A stretch of 57,135 bases of DNA, filler included, from Sluysia triapertura (lineage: Eukaryota), in the NCBI GenBank assembly GCA_046118255.1. It is 4 parts of 4 records of this genome, joined end to end, with 100 filler letters (N's around TTAATTAATTAA, not from the genome) between each part and the next. Parts side by side here need not be neighbours in the genome. Positions count along the whole stretch, not along the records: positions 13,090 to 31,337 come from JBJNIA010163037.1; 3 more parts are not named here. One strand, given 5' to 3'. Below the pieces are notes generated by a model, which worked only from the letters and a program-made list of their open reading frames with translations, was not told the origin of the DNA and did not search any database. Shown here piece after piece: positions 13,345 through 25,860 of this stretch. Position 1 is the first letter of the stretch. Each line of letters begins with the position of its first letter. A program made the position numbers and the translations under genes.

Positions 13345-13585
13345 ATTGTGAATTAAGTTGAGTTCATTAAAGCACTAGTCATTTCTTTGATAAACCTACT
13401 TGTCAAATTGTTAGTCAACTTTGCATCATTATGCACGTTCGGCAACAACGCGTTTTCAAATTGAGTCTTGTTCCATACCACGTACACTAACTGTAGCAAC
13501 AGCCTGACTTTCAAACAACATGTCATGAAAACGCATTATATTAGAACGCTTCATTGTGGCTAAAATCTGTGCTTCACGTAACTTA
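13345..13585 (-). pseudogene. Protein kinase fragment (subdomains III-VIa), decayed
   Basis: REAQILATMKRSNIMRFHD, then after frameshifts RFIKEMTSAL...ELNLIHN, resembling RExxILxxLxHPNIVxF and xxSALxxLHxxxIIHRD. Confidence 0.6.
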
Positions 13586-13817
13586 TATAAATCTAGCTAG
13601 ATAAACCTTGCCAAGAAATATTAATAAAAACGATTATCATGTCGATTTTTAAACTGCTGCATTACAAAAATTTTTGAATTTTATTTTTTAGCATCTCGAA
13701 TTTCTTAATCATATGTACACTTTTATTTTTAAGAGCAATAATACCACCAGAACGTTCTAGATTATTGACCAATTTATGTAATAAAACAAAAAATCTTATT
13801 TTAGATATGTATAAACA

Positions 13818-13848
<31 letters not shown>

Positions 13849-14110
13849 ATATTTAATGAAATCTATTTTTATACAAATTTTTAAAGATTTAAATTAATTT
13901 TATTTTTAGATATTTCACATAATTAATTAATTTATTTTTTAATATATATTAAATATTTAAATAAATGTTCGGTGAAAGAAAATTTTCGTAAAGTTAAATA
14001 ATCATTTGAAAATATTCTACTATTTTATACAAAACATGTACTACTGCTTTGGTTAGTTGAACTTTATCTCGGAATTCTTGTAATGATTAATCCCACCTAA
14101 ATTCATCTCG

Positions 14111-14440
14111 AACTGTTCAATGGATCTTGAAATTGTTAAAAGAAAGCCTGTTTTTCGATTTGTAAAAAATGCAGTGAATCACATCATATGTCTTTCGATG
14201 GAAGATTTTTCGATTTTGCTGGCAGCTGCAATTGTGCGTTTATGGAAGATTATTGTAATCGAAAGACCGGATCTTTTAGGATTGTAGTTGAAAATGTTGA
14301 ATGTGCACAACCGTAGCCAAATCGTAAAATTTTATTACATAGACATAATAATTCATCTTATTCGTGGAACTCAACCAATCGTAAGCAAGAATCCTTCATG
14401 GCATTTGACACTAGGTGAATATGAAATTATTAGACTTCAT
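14111..14440 (+). pseudogene. von Willebrand factor type D (VWD; mucin/hemolectin-like) fragment, decayed
   Basis: NGS*NC*KKAC..IC..CSESHHMSFDGRFFDFAGSCNCAFMEDYCNRKTGSFRIVVENVEC, then IHLIRG. Matches the VWD pattern HYxTFDGxxYxFxGxCxYxLxxDxC...GSFRIxxENVxC; contains stops. Confidence 0.8.
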
Positions 14441-14444
14441 AAAA

Positions 14445-14510
14445 TGGACTGACCAGGAATCGAACCAAGGCCCTCTCGCTACGCAGTTCGATGATTGCCA
14501 TCTAACGAAA
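14445..14510 (-). pseudogene. 5'-truncated tRNA-like sequence (Ala-like pseudogene or SINE head)
   Basis: The reverse complement ...tcgaactgcgtagcgagagggccttGGTTCGATTCCtggtcagtcca has a T-loop/B-box and an Ala-like TCCA end. The 5' acceptor strand is not recognisable. Confidence 0.55.
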
Positions 14511-14689
14511 TCGAGAAATTTGATTTGACAATGAAGTATGTGATTGTTACACTGAAATTAACTTTAGATTGAGACAGAATATTCTTTTTCGCATTTGTTC
14601 ATTTTGTAATATTTATTTTAATGACTTTTTAAATAACTTTAACATTGAGTCTCGATAATCTTTGAGCTTGTTATCGAACTTAGTGTCAG

Positions 14690-14952
14690 TGATAATAATA
14701 ACGATTTAGAAAATTTAAAATCTAATAGTGGTAACAAAAAATAAATCAGATTTATTTTTAAAAATTTTATAAAATTAATTATTTCATAAGTTGAAGTTTA
14801 AAAGTTAATGTTTGGCAATGTAAATTTGTGAATTGATGTGGCGTTAACACAACATATTGAGTAAATTATGATGTGTTTACGATGAGGTTTTTGTATATGT
14901 ATGTAGAGTAGATGATATAATACAATCGTAGGTAAAGGGTCGGAATACCACA
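14690..14952 (-). mobile_element. Short divergent TGTGG-terminated module
   Basis: The reverse complement begins tgtggtattccgaccc and continues as a G-poor C/A-rich tract, then tta repeats. Confidence 0.45.
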
Positions 14953-16936
14953 ACGATTTATTATAAAATTTGAAAATATTTAATATATTTAATATTTAAT
15001 ATATTCAAATAAAAATACTATTTAATAATAACTCTTTAATATTAATGCGTAATAATTGTGCATAATAGAATATAACTTTTATTATTGCAATAGTTTGCTG
15101 AGTGTAATATAATTATCTTAAATATCGATTAAATTATACATTATAGATTAATATACTATTCTTATCTTGGTATTCCTAACAAAATGTAATTTTCTCTTTA
15201 TCTCAAAAGATAAAATATAATTATAAAAATTTAATTGACCGAATCCCACATTATTCAATTTTTGTTCAAATTACTTAAGTAAAAATAAAACCAAAATACT
15301 GCAGAATGTTTTATCTCAAAATATAAAATATATTAGATTTACAACGTAATGCCCAAATAATTAATGAATTGAGTATTATAATGGTAAAAATAACAATTAG
15401 TAATATGAATGAAGAATGAAATTAGAAGTGTTTTGAAATTGTCACATTTTATACAATAGATATATATAATTCTATTTTTACTTTAACTTTATTGATGGTT
15501 TCAATGATTTATAATTAAACTGATGCTATTTCTCTTCCGCGCTGTATTTATATATATATTAATTTGCTTCTTTACTCACTGTTGCTTTCATCAATTATTC
15601 ATTAAAATTTATTTTTAATGGCATTTAACTGAAGCAGATGAAAATCATTTTTAAAATTCTTTTTTTACTGATTTTATTTTTAAATCACTAAATTGTAATT
15701 ATCGTTGTAATAAAATTAATGCAGCTCTTATATCTACTGCAAAATTAAGACTATATAATAATACAAATCTGAAAGCCAGTAATTGATTAAATTTTTTCGG
15801 TTATTTGTAAAATTCTGTGATTAAAATGGATTTCAATTGTTTTAAGTGAATAAACATTTTTTAAACATAACTATTTATTCTTAACACTATTTATTATTAT
15901 TAAAACAACTTTTATTATTACCGCTGAAGTAATTTATTTATTTAACAACTTTTGTTTATGTAGAAATTGTTCATTGTATGAATTATTTAATTATGATTAG
16001 TGGAATTATTTTCTAATGAGAAAATATAGATAATTTATTACTTTATTGTAATATATTTAAAAAGAGTAGTTGCATCTATTTTGTTTTTATGATGTACTTT
16101 AATGTTTATATCAAATTCAATTCTTATATAAGCACAATAGCTCAAACTTAAAACCAATAAGTGGTACTTCATCTTGAAAATCATGGCGATATTGCTTTGG
16201 CTGTTTTTGTAACTTTTAAATGAAAATTGTTGCATGTTTTATATAATTTAAATTAATCTTTCAATTTCAAAACTGAGAAAATTACATTCTCTAAATTACA
16301 ATTTATGACATTTATCAATTATTAAAATAAATATCTGTTATCTGAGTTAAAGTTAAGTATCTGAAATAAATATTGGAATCAATAAATTTTAATTCAAATT
16401 AAATAACTGTTACTTAACATATTGAAAACAGTATGTGATGGAAAGAATATATAAAAAACGTAAATTCACGTCATCCTTCTTTAATGTGTTAACAATTAAC
16501 TCTATAGAGCACCATAAACAAAATTTTACAAATAAATAACCAAAACTTTATTGCCCCAATAATTAAATCAATGTAATTAAATTAAAACGAAATTATGCCA
16601 TTTTTATAATTCTTGGTTCGCGATCCCAATAATTTATCGTGAAATTAGAATTGATATCAATTCACAATATGGTAAATTTTTATTCACATGTATCCTTGTA
16701 ATCTATGGTTAACAAATAACAGACGCTCATTTGTCATACCAACTTAGATTAGTCATTTTAAGTTCCTAATCTTCTAAAAAGTATTGATTTGATTAATTAA
16801 CTTCATGTTCGTTTTTTCTTAGCTCTAACAATTATAAAATGTATTTAAGCTGGGTTCGCCTGTGTAACACGGTTTATCGTATACGGACGTGTCCACAGGA
16901 TTTTAACGAATCTAAAGATGAATTGTCCTTTCAATT

Positions 16937-17010
16937 AACCTAACTCTTTAAGTTACCTAGTATTTCGATGCGAATAACCTAACTCTTTTAGTTACTTAGT
17001 ACTTTAATGT
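16937..17010. repeat. About 40-bp tandem duplication (aacctaactctttt..gttac.tagta)
   Basis: Two adjacent near-identical copies. Confidence 0.8.
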
Positions 17011-17431
17011 TTTTATTTGAATTTCTCAACCTTTAGCTAATTTTAATCCACTTACTATAATAAAAAACGAGATATATTACTAATAATGTTTCCCTTTAAA
17101 ATAAAATACTTTTTAAGGCAAAAAATTGTATTCTAATCAAGGTTAATTACAAAAATATCAAACAAATTATCAATGAATAAAAATAATAAATATAATAACA
17201 AATATTCAATTTTAGAAGTTTAAATCCGAGTTTAACCCAGGATCAATTCTTGGGTGCAAATAAAATAGATTTTATGTGTCGATTTTAAGGCAAAATTTAT
17301 TAACGCTCCTTACAAAATACTAGCCTACTTAAAGTATTGAAAAGCTCCTTCGAGAGTAATGTCTTGGAATATACAGTATTTGACTCGAATAGCACCAATC
17401 TTTAACAAAAGTCTCGGATTCACGAACAGAG

Positions 17432-17520
17432 TTTGTTTCCAAAAATTTTTAAACGACAAACAACGTTTTCTAAATAAGATTGTTTCCAAAAATTAAGACG
17501 ACAAACAACGTTTTCCAATT
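17432..17520. repeat. About 47-bp tandem duplication (ttgtttccaaaaatt..acgacaaacaacgttttc)
   Basis: Two adjacent near-identical copies. Confidence 0.85.
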
Positions 17521-18030
17521 AGCCTTTTCTTTTCTCGGTTAATCCTTTTATTTAGTTTCTATCTATTGAGTTTTTTATATAAATAGAATGTTATTTATAT
17601 ACTCGTGTACTTTTTCTTTTGTTTACCAAACCGAATTATGATTATTAGTTTTTTGAAAAATAGATTGACAATTCCATAATTATTAGTTAAACTTCAGTTG
17701 TTTTATAGTAAATATTTACATTATAGTTTTTAAAGATTGATTAATTAATTCATAAACATTTAAGTTTTAACTAATTTTATAAACATTTTATGTACTTTTA
17801 TTAATTTTTCTTAAAATTTAAAATATAATAAGTATAATATTTAATAAAATAATCACATAATTGCAATATTTATAATAAATATCATAATTTATAATTTAAT
17901 ATCATAATAAATAGACAGAGATAATAAAGCTCGTAAAAAATTAAACGTATTTACATTACTATGTTAAACTTATCTTTATTATTTTGAACAATGGTTTTAT
18001 TTCTCAAATATTTTAAAGATTTTATACACT

Positions 18031-18567
18031 TTATAATATTACTCGAAGATCTTAGATGCTTATCAAGGTTTCAAGAGTACTTAAAGGTTAATAAGGTCTT
18101 AAATGATCCAAAGTTTTCAAAAACCTTAATACATCTAAAGGTTTTTCAAATCTATCTCAAGCTTTCATAATGTCTGAAACCCTTATATAGGTCTTTGGAA
18201 CCCTAAGATATTCTTTAGCTGTTAAGATTATTATAAATGTTTTTTCTTTCATGATTCGTATTTCAACAATGTTTATAATGTTCGATCCATCACTTGTTTC
18301 AGTTTTTCCTCATTTTATGATTTTATATGTTTTCATTCATCTCTAGATCCACAGTTTGGCAATCCCAACATATTGTTTGGATTGGTGAAGAATAAGGGTA
18401 GATATAAAGGTTCAAGACTCAAGATAACAGAATAAGGTGAACGTTATTGAGGAATGAGATAAAGGATTAAGATGAATTGTAATGATAAGATAAGCACATG
18501 AAATACGATGAGAAATAGGAAGAAATAACCATTTACAAGGTTTAATTTGTTAAAATATTAAGGTACA
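18031..18567 (+). repeat. Dispersed repeat family D, long copy, cut by module M3
   Basis: 18031-18175 matches the reverse complement of 40855-41005; 18264-18372 matches 1-112; about 18390-18563 matches 38540-38692. Confidence 0.8.
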
Positions 18568-19378
18568 TGTGGTGGTCAACCCGTAATATTATAAAAATTT
18601 TATAAAAATAACCCTTAACGTTCATCTTTTCCACACCTACCGAACAATTCATCTGTCAAAGTTAAATCATATTCACAACCTTATAACTTATACATCACAT
18701 TTACATCCAATACCGCCAATTTACACCAACAAATCTATCAAAAATATGTAACTCGACATCCATAACAACCAAATAATATCCACATTTGAAATTATTTACT
18801 TTACACCTTCGAATCAATTATAATACCTTAAATTCAATATTACATAATATTATTTCAAATATATCAAGAGTTCCACTATAATTTACCTTTCACATTTATT
18901 AAACCACACTCTTCCCAATAGGTCGTCTATTCACGATCTTCCAATACTCAAATGTCGTTCTCAATCAAGAACTTTAATTACCATCTAAGAACTCATTCTA
19001 ACATTCACCATTTCATTCCACGACATAAAACAACTATTATATCTTCAAACGTTAACCACACACATAATTTTTAAAGCAATCTCTACTCAGAAATTTTAGT
19101 TTTAAATACAATTTAAATTTATTGCAATATGTCCAGAAACCAAGAAGAATTAAAGAAAGATAGTGTACAGTTTTAAAGAATTCAGCAATTTATATGATTC
19201 AATAACCATAATAACTTTAATACTGTTTCTTTTGCCGTTATTATTATAGGATTAAATTCAAGCATTACTAATTTAAAATATGTTAAGAATCATGGAAAGA
19301 AAACAGAAAGTTAATGTTTGTTAAGAAACAAGAGATTCATGTGTTTTTCTTTTAGTATTGATAATAATAATGACAATA

Positions 19379-19439
<61 letters not shown>

Positions 19440-19730
19440 CAAATTATTATTATATATGTTATCATTATCATCATTATAATGCATTTTAATTTGTAATTAT
19501 TCTTTAACTAAAATTATGCATAAATCAGTTTCTACCACTATCAGCAGCTAATTTCTGTCAATACGTTTTAATTAACATCACTACTGATAGTGGTTAGTTC
19601 GTTAATGTGCACTATAAAATTGTACTCTTATTGGCCATCCAGCTAGAATTAAATTCTTTTTGTTCTGCCAAACAATTCTGGTTGGATGACCAATCAAAAT
19701 TTTATTAATATGTACAAAAAATTAAAACTC
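18568..19730 (+). mobile_element. TGTGG-terminated module M3 (subfamily B)
   Basis: tgtggtggtcaacc at 18568; 18568-19165 is colinear with 55001-55705; atgtccagaaa near 19128; (tta)n at 19382-19440; attggccatccagc near 19630 and gttggatgaccaatc at 19681. Confidence 0.85.
19382..19440. repeat. Perfect (TTA)n microsatellite inside M3
   Basis: Read directly from the sequence. Confidence 0.95.
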
Positions 19731-19764
19731 ACATTTATAATATCATTATAATATCGAATTACTA

Positions 19765-21430
19765 TATGGGTTACGCCATAATGATTTATTCATCAGAAAT
19801 TCTAACAAAATGCAGAAATTTAGATTAATGCTCAATTTAGAACGAAATAAATTTATTATATTAATTGCAACAATTTCAAATGATATCCGGCGATTATATT
19901 TGTCTGAGTATATAGTTCATATCGTGAAATTAATCTCGATAAAAGAACAAATTACTAAATTAGATTTTGATCATCAGAATGAATGCGAAAACTTGGTTGA
20001 AGTAATTTTTAATACTATTAAAAGTGCGTGTTCTATCATAATGAATGATAATCTATTTTCAGTCGCTACCAATAACAAACATAAAGTATCACTCTCTATA
20101 CCTAATTATCAAGAATGTTATGAAGCTTATAAGTAGATTAATTCTAATGCAATATTTAATTCGAGTGTATAGTCGTTTACGTATTATAATAATGAATTGG
20201 TCAATTCACTTAATAAATACGAGTCTATCTTGATGATGTTTTCTGTTTTGAATCAAGATGTTATGAAGAAATTTAGAATAATTTTAGTGTAATTATTGAT
20301 AGTCAATTCCAATTTATATTGACTCAAAATCCAAAATGTCACGATTTTACAAATATAATCAAACATGTTCCTCTTTATAAATATCTCGTAAGTTATAGTG
20401 ACCGTAATCGATTTACAATTTTACTATATTAGAAAATTAATGATCAAGGATAATGAAAAAGACTTTTTTGGTTTATTTAACTTTACAAAAACAGGCTCAT
20501 ATTTTTAAACTGTCTTGTAATCATGAGTCACCTTATAATGTTGGAATTATTTCAATTCGTGCAGAAACATTTCAGACACGAAGACAAAGTTACGAACTTT
20601 TAAATTTTAATAAAGAACGTTCAAAAACATGTTATCTTGACTACGTGGAAGGAAATTCATTAACCAGAGCTTTATATGATCAATGTATAAGAAAAACATT
20701 CACGCTCAGAGTCGTATTTCGAAATTTACGGAATTATTCGCAAACTTCTGCAATATTGAACAATCAAGACTATCTTTTGAATATCCGGAAAATGGTGACA
20801 CTGAAAATCTGTCGAAATTGTATCCTTGGTATGCTCCAAATTATTGCAATAAATCAAGTAAAAGTATTTTGGTGTTCATTTTGGCAATGGTGAAGAATAA
20901 CCATAACGTAGATTTTTCTTTTACTTATTTTATATATATTTTAAATCATCATTTTTATTTAGATGTTTGTTTTGGAGCTGCGCTTACTGATGTACGTAGG
21001 AGCACAAAGAAGAAAAATTTTAATTTTATTACTCCATTAAATAAAATTGTCTGTGTTATTAAAGAGTTTTTAATTGATCTTCTAATTTTTATTGCAATTA
21101 AAGTATATAAGATTTTTGAAATTGCTCTTTATAAAGAAATTGATTTTGTGAATATAAATAACGTATATATCGAAATTGATTTTAAAATTATAAAATCGGT
21201 CTATAAATCTAGACGTACTAATTTAAATTCTGTGAATTACCTGAAAACGTTATTGAATATAATAACGAGACCTAAGGTATTGTTAGTTGAACGGAGAACA
21301 TATTTAACAAATATAATAACACATAAAGTTATAATACAAAATTGGTGTCAGCTCATTAAAATATCATTACACAAGGAAACACCTCAAACGTTTTTACACA
21401 AAAAGATTAAATTCATCCAACAAAAATGAC
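19765..21430 (+). pseudogene. Probable dynein heavy chain N-terminal tail (DHC_N1) fragment, heavily decayed
   Basis: Ordered motif echoes across frames: ERNKFIILIATISNDI (ERLxxLLxxIxNxI), ESPYNVGIISIR (PPxAGxIxW), LLNFN (VNFD), LNNQDYLL...LYPGMLQI (LxxxExxL...LxPGLxxLxW). Confidence 0.45.
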
Positions 21431-21829
21431 CATAAAGAAAATTCATGCATGGTTAATATTTTTAATTTTATTTTTATTTAAGTTTTTAGATATTTGATTT
21501 TATATTATATTATAAAATATAAATTTATATTTTGGAGAATCTATGTTTGTGTTGTAACTAGATTATGTTAAATAACCTCGGGATTTGAAGACTAAGTAAC
21601 ACGAAATTGCTTATTTATAGTTAAGAATTAATTTTTACTTGTTAACTACTAAAAAATTATATTTTGGATAAATATCATTTTATAGACTGTTTTCTTTGTG
21701 ATTATTTAAAATATATATAAATTTTAGTTATTTTGATTTTGACATTTGATTACTATTAATAGAAAAGTGTTTATTATTGAGATAAGTATTATAAGAAGTG
21801 CAATTATTATTAATAATATTTTAGATTAT

Positions 21830-22335
21830 TTCAATATAGGACGAAACATAATTTTTGGTGTCGTCATTATTAAGAATGGACAACATAACTAATGAATCAA
21901 CAATAAAAGAAGTAGATAATTTTGGACACATACGCATTAAATAATAAAAATATAATATTTTTGAAATATTCATAAATAAATTACCAATTATTTTTATTTT
22001 ACAAGATAATACTGATATGATACTGCTTTACATAATGCTATACTTAAAAAGCATGTCGAAGCTGCTAATATAATTTGTTCGTTATAGAAATCATTTTTAT
22101 AGTCAATAAATTTAAAGACTTCTGCCAATAAACCACCCCTAATATTAATTATAGCATTCAACAAGCCAGATTTCTTTATTGTTCGTTTGTTAAATTTTGG
22201 TGCTCAATTAGATATATGGGATAATTTAGATAATAATCCTCTTAATTATGCGATGAAGTACAACAAATTCAATATTTTAAAATTATTGTGTGAAAATTAT
22301 CGTGTTTCATCATCGAAGCGATATGAATTATAATA
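21830..22335 (+). pseudogene. Ankyrin-repeat gene fragment, decayed
   Basis: VDNFGH, DTALHNAILKKHVEAANII and RLLNFGAQLDIWDNLDNNPLNYAMKYNKFNILKLL, with stops and frameshifts between them. Confidence 0.8.
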
Positions 22336-23239
22336 TTCTACATAAACAGTAATGGAAAATGTTAACTATTAAACTTTTATAACAATTAAATAAAAATTTT
22401 GTTGAATTTCGTGATTATAAAATTTTTAATAAACGTCATAGAAATAAAAAGCTCTCCGTAAAAGCTAACGATAATGTATTTTACTAAAATACATTTATAT
22501 TAATGAAACTAATAAGTAGAATTAAAGAATAAAAACGTACGTTGCAACATCTACATCACGACCAAAAATACCAACACAACATCTAATGAAACATTTTTTG
22601 ATAAAACTAATAATTTTCTGTCTCTGGTTTTTTAATAAATAATTCATTGTAGTTCGTTGCACAAATATGTAAACTGTTGCTTGATCTTGCATCTACCTTA
22701 CTTGATTAACCGTTAGTTAAATTATATTGCTTGCCTTGATGACTACAAAGTCGATTAGTTGCAAGTAATACTCCAGTATCACAGCATGTGTAAAATTGTT
22801 TCTTTAGGTTTATTAATTTCTGATAGTGAATAAATATTCGATTTATTAATTTTTGATTGTGAATTTATATTGGACTTCATTTATATTGAATTTATTTATT
22901 AAGCCAATATTATAATAGCTAATCGATAAAGAAACAGCAACTTTTCAACAAAATTTCAATAAAAAGAATTTTGTATTCGTAAAATAATAATTTGGTATCT
23001 GACAAAATTAGAATTTTCTATTTCGAGAACAAGAATTTAAACGATTAGAATTTGTATTTGGAGTAAAACAAATTTTTAGACGACTATTGGTTCTTCATAA
23101 AAATTATTGATTTTTTGCGATTCACCAGGTCAGAAATATTTTCAGTCTCGAATAATTTTATGATTTATATTTTAATTAATAAAATTTATTAAAATTGTAT
23201 TTAATAAATATTCATTAAATTTGTTTTTCTTTAAATAGA

Positions 23240-23700
23240 ATTTAATAAAAGGGATTGACAGTTGATTAGATTACATCTATTAAATGAGAAATGATAATTA
23301 CTGAAAGAATTAATAAAGATTCGGATCAATTGATATCTTAATTGCAGAATACCTATATAAATTTAAACATTAAAAAGCTGGGAATTTTTTTAATCACTTC
23401 CATTTCAGACTATCGAAACGAGTATTCGAATTCACGCTTTTATACAAAGTGAACATAATAAAAAAGACTTATACTGACAAAGGATTATACCATCAGTTAA
23501 ATCTAATATAAAGTGATAATATTAATACAGAAGTTTAGAATATTATTAAAGAGTAAGAATCAATAAAGAAACTTAGATTATTAGTAAAGAATAAGAGTTA
23601 ATTACAAGCATGTACAAAATCTACAAAATATAAAACAGCATTCACATTCTATAAAGAATTACTATAAAATACTAATTTTTACAGAACCAATAATCATTTC
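23240..23700 (+). mobile_element. Possible decayed retrotransposon gag remnant
   Basis: TSISDYRNEY...RIIPSVKSNI...NIIKE*ESI resembles the gag pattern SVxDYxxxF...GLxPxIKxxV...IxxAxxxE; many stops. Confidence 0.3.
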
Positions 23701-24496
23701 TGGTAACAAGGATTATTCATTAAATGAAGAATTAATACCGCAGGTGTCAACTCAAACATTGTTATAAATTCAGTGACCCTCTATAGAATAAATCTTGTAA
23801 AAACCAACAAACCCTTTTTCTGAAAAAACAGTAGTATTCCCTAAGTAGTTTACTAAATAATGAATGATTCAAATCGACGATTATATAAATAACTTCGATC
23901 TTTCTATTTATTCTATATAGTTTTATTTCATCATTACTTTTATCCAGTTCAGTGTAAGCGAAGATACTGAAACAACCCAAGAACTTCTACCTACATATTG
24001 CCATATATTACCACGAAAGTGTCACCTCGGCCTTTTCTGAGAATTCTGCTGCAACCCACAATAATTTTAATATTGAAGTTGGTCACTTACTTACCCCCGA
24101 GTTACTCCGTGTATCGCTAAACGGACTATCTCAGATACCATATACCATGATTCGTTTACATTTCCGTTGCCGGTAGTCAAAGCTTCACTTAACGAAAATG
24201 GTGTCCCCTTCACACATTTTAATCATCTCCATAAGCACTGTAATACTGTACTTTAAGCGGCGGGATTTCCCACATAATTTGCACTCTTATTTCCAGTAGG
24301 ATAACCTGATCTTCATCGCCTTTTCATAACTAATCTAAATTAAGAGGCTCAATAAAAACAGCAATAACAATAATAATAAAATTCGTGTTGAAAATTATTA
24401 TTATTGGTATTATAACGAAATATTTATAAATTTGTGAGTCTTAATGTTGATTTTTCTTATTTCAGAGATGTTTTGAAAAGAAATATTCCATGCAAT

Positions 24497-25327
24497 TTAT
24501 TTACATCTACATAAAAATTTTTGGAATTTTCTAAATAAAATCAAATAAACAACTGGATTAACAACAGTTAATAAAATAACTAAGTAATCAACAAAAAATA
24601 CATCAAGATCTAAAAGTAATTCTGGTTTAACCACAAAATGAAAAATAAAAACTATTATAAGACCTAGAATTAAATAAATCGATGATGATACTAAATTTGT
24701 TACAGTAAATCGAATAAATAAACGCTTACGATTGTTTATTTCAGTTTCAGATAATAATGATTTATTGATTGTTGTTTTCAATACAAAGCATGTGAATATA
24801 TTAATTGGAAATAATAAAACAAATGGTGTTAATATTAACATATAAAAAAGAATATATCCATACTTTGCATTCCCATCAAAATTATGCTTATATATCATCA
24901 TAATTACATCGGACATGTAAACGCATAAACCTAATAAAATACCAATTATTATTCCGATTATATAATGACGAATTTTAATTCGTTGATATAACAAACAAAA
25001 TTTAATACAAATTAGTCGATCAATACTCAATAATACCACCATGTATGAACTGCAACTCGATAACATCCAAAATATGTCAAGCTTCAAAGTTAGTACATAT
25101 GTATTTAAATCATCCAAGTCCCAATAATACAATAAGGCACATAAAATTGTCAATATATCCAAAATAACTTGAACTTTCATAATCAAAATGGATTTTTTCG
25201 GTGCCACTTGAATACGATGAATGAAAATAAAAAATATAATATTTATTACGATAAAAATAATCATAAAGAATATTTTGATAACAAAAAGTGTCCATGTTTC
25301 TCTTTTATAGTAAAACTTAAATTTCAT
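24497..25327 (-). CDS. Intronless class A (rhodopsin-like) GPCR, about 276 aa from the ATG of MKFKF
   Basis: Seven hydrophobic segments, TM1 N, TM2 D, SIDRL (DRY-like), TM5 P and NPVVY (NPxxY) in an uninterrupted frame. The track ORF's GTG start at 25453 is probably not the real start. Confidence 0.85.
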   Translation of the reverse strand: MKFKFYYKRETWTLFVIKIFFMIIFIVINIIFFIFIHRIQVAPKKSILIMKVQVILDILTILCALLYYWDLDDLNTYVLTLKLDIFWMLSSCSSYMVVLLSIDRLICIKFCLLYQRIKIRHYIIGIIIGILLGLCVYMSDVIMMIYKHNFDGNAKYGYILFYMLILTPFVLLFPINIFTCFVLKTTINKSLLSETEINNRKRLFIRFTVTNLVSSSIYLILGLIIVFIFHFVVKPELLLDLDVFFVDYLVILLTVVNPVVYLILFRKFQKFLCRCK

Positions 25328-25751
25328 TGTAAAAATAATAATGCATGCGTAATTGGCAAATTTATTTACATAATATACACTCTTGATGATTGGTTGTTTT
25401 CTTTTTAGACAAATAACTAATGAAAAATAAAAAACAAAATATTGCAAAGTCACAAAAAATTAAAATGGATGCTACACAATGTTTAAATTCAATAAAATGT
25501 AAAATTAGTTCATTTCATAATGCAACTTAATAATTTCGTCTATTGACTAATTAAATTTGATTTTATTAGATTATTATTGTTATTGTAAACTTTGACTAAT
25601 TTATTTTACAAATAATATCTATACTCTTTATGAATTCGTATGCCCGTCTCTCTTGTTCGTGATAGAAGTACTTATTAACTTATTTATTATTTATTAACTA
25701 ATTTATTATTAGACTGTTAGTAAAATATGATTTTATTTAAATCTTATCTTA

Positions 25752-25860
25752 CAGAATAAAAGTATGTGAGTTCACCAACGTATCTAGGTTTATAGGTTAT
25801 GGCTAGACCGTTGGATTTTAAAGAAATAGTAACGTTAAACTATTGGAGGTTAATCTTAAT
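25752..25860 (+). repeat. Repeat family E, copy 2
   Basis: agaataaaagtatgtgagttcaccaacgtatctaggtt...ggctagaccgttggatttt, compared with 4086-4160. Confidence 0.8.

Noticed and set aside
18570-18582. TGGTGGYCAACC as a tRNA primer-binding site
   Set aside because: Upstream flanks are unrelated between copies, so no LTR precedes it, and a constant TG lies in front. A terminus fits better.
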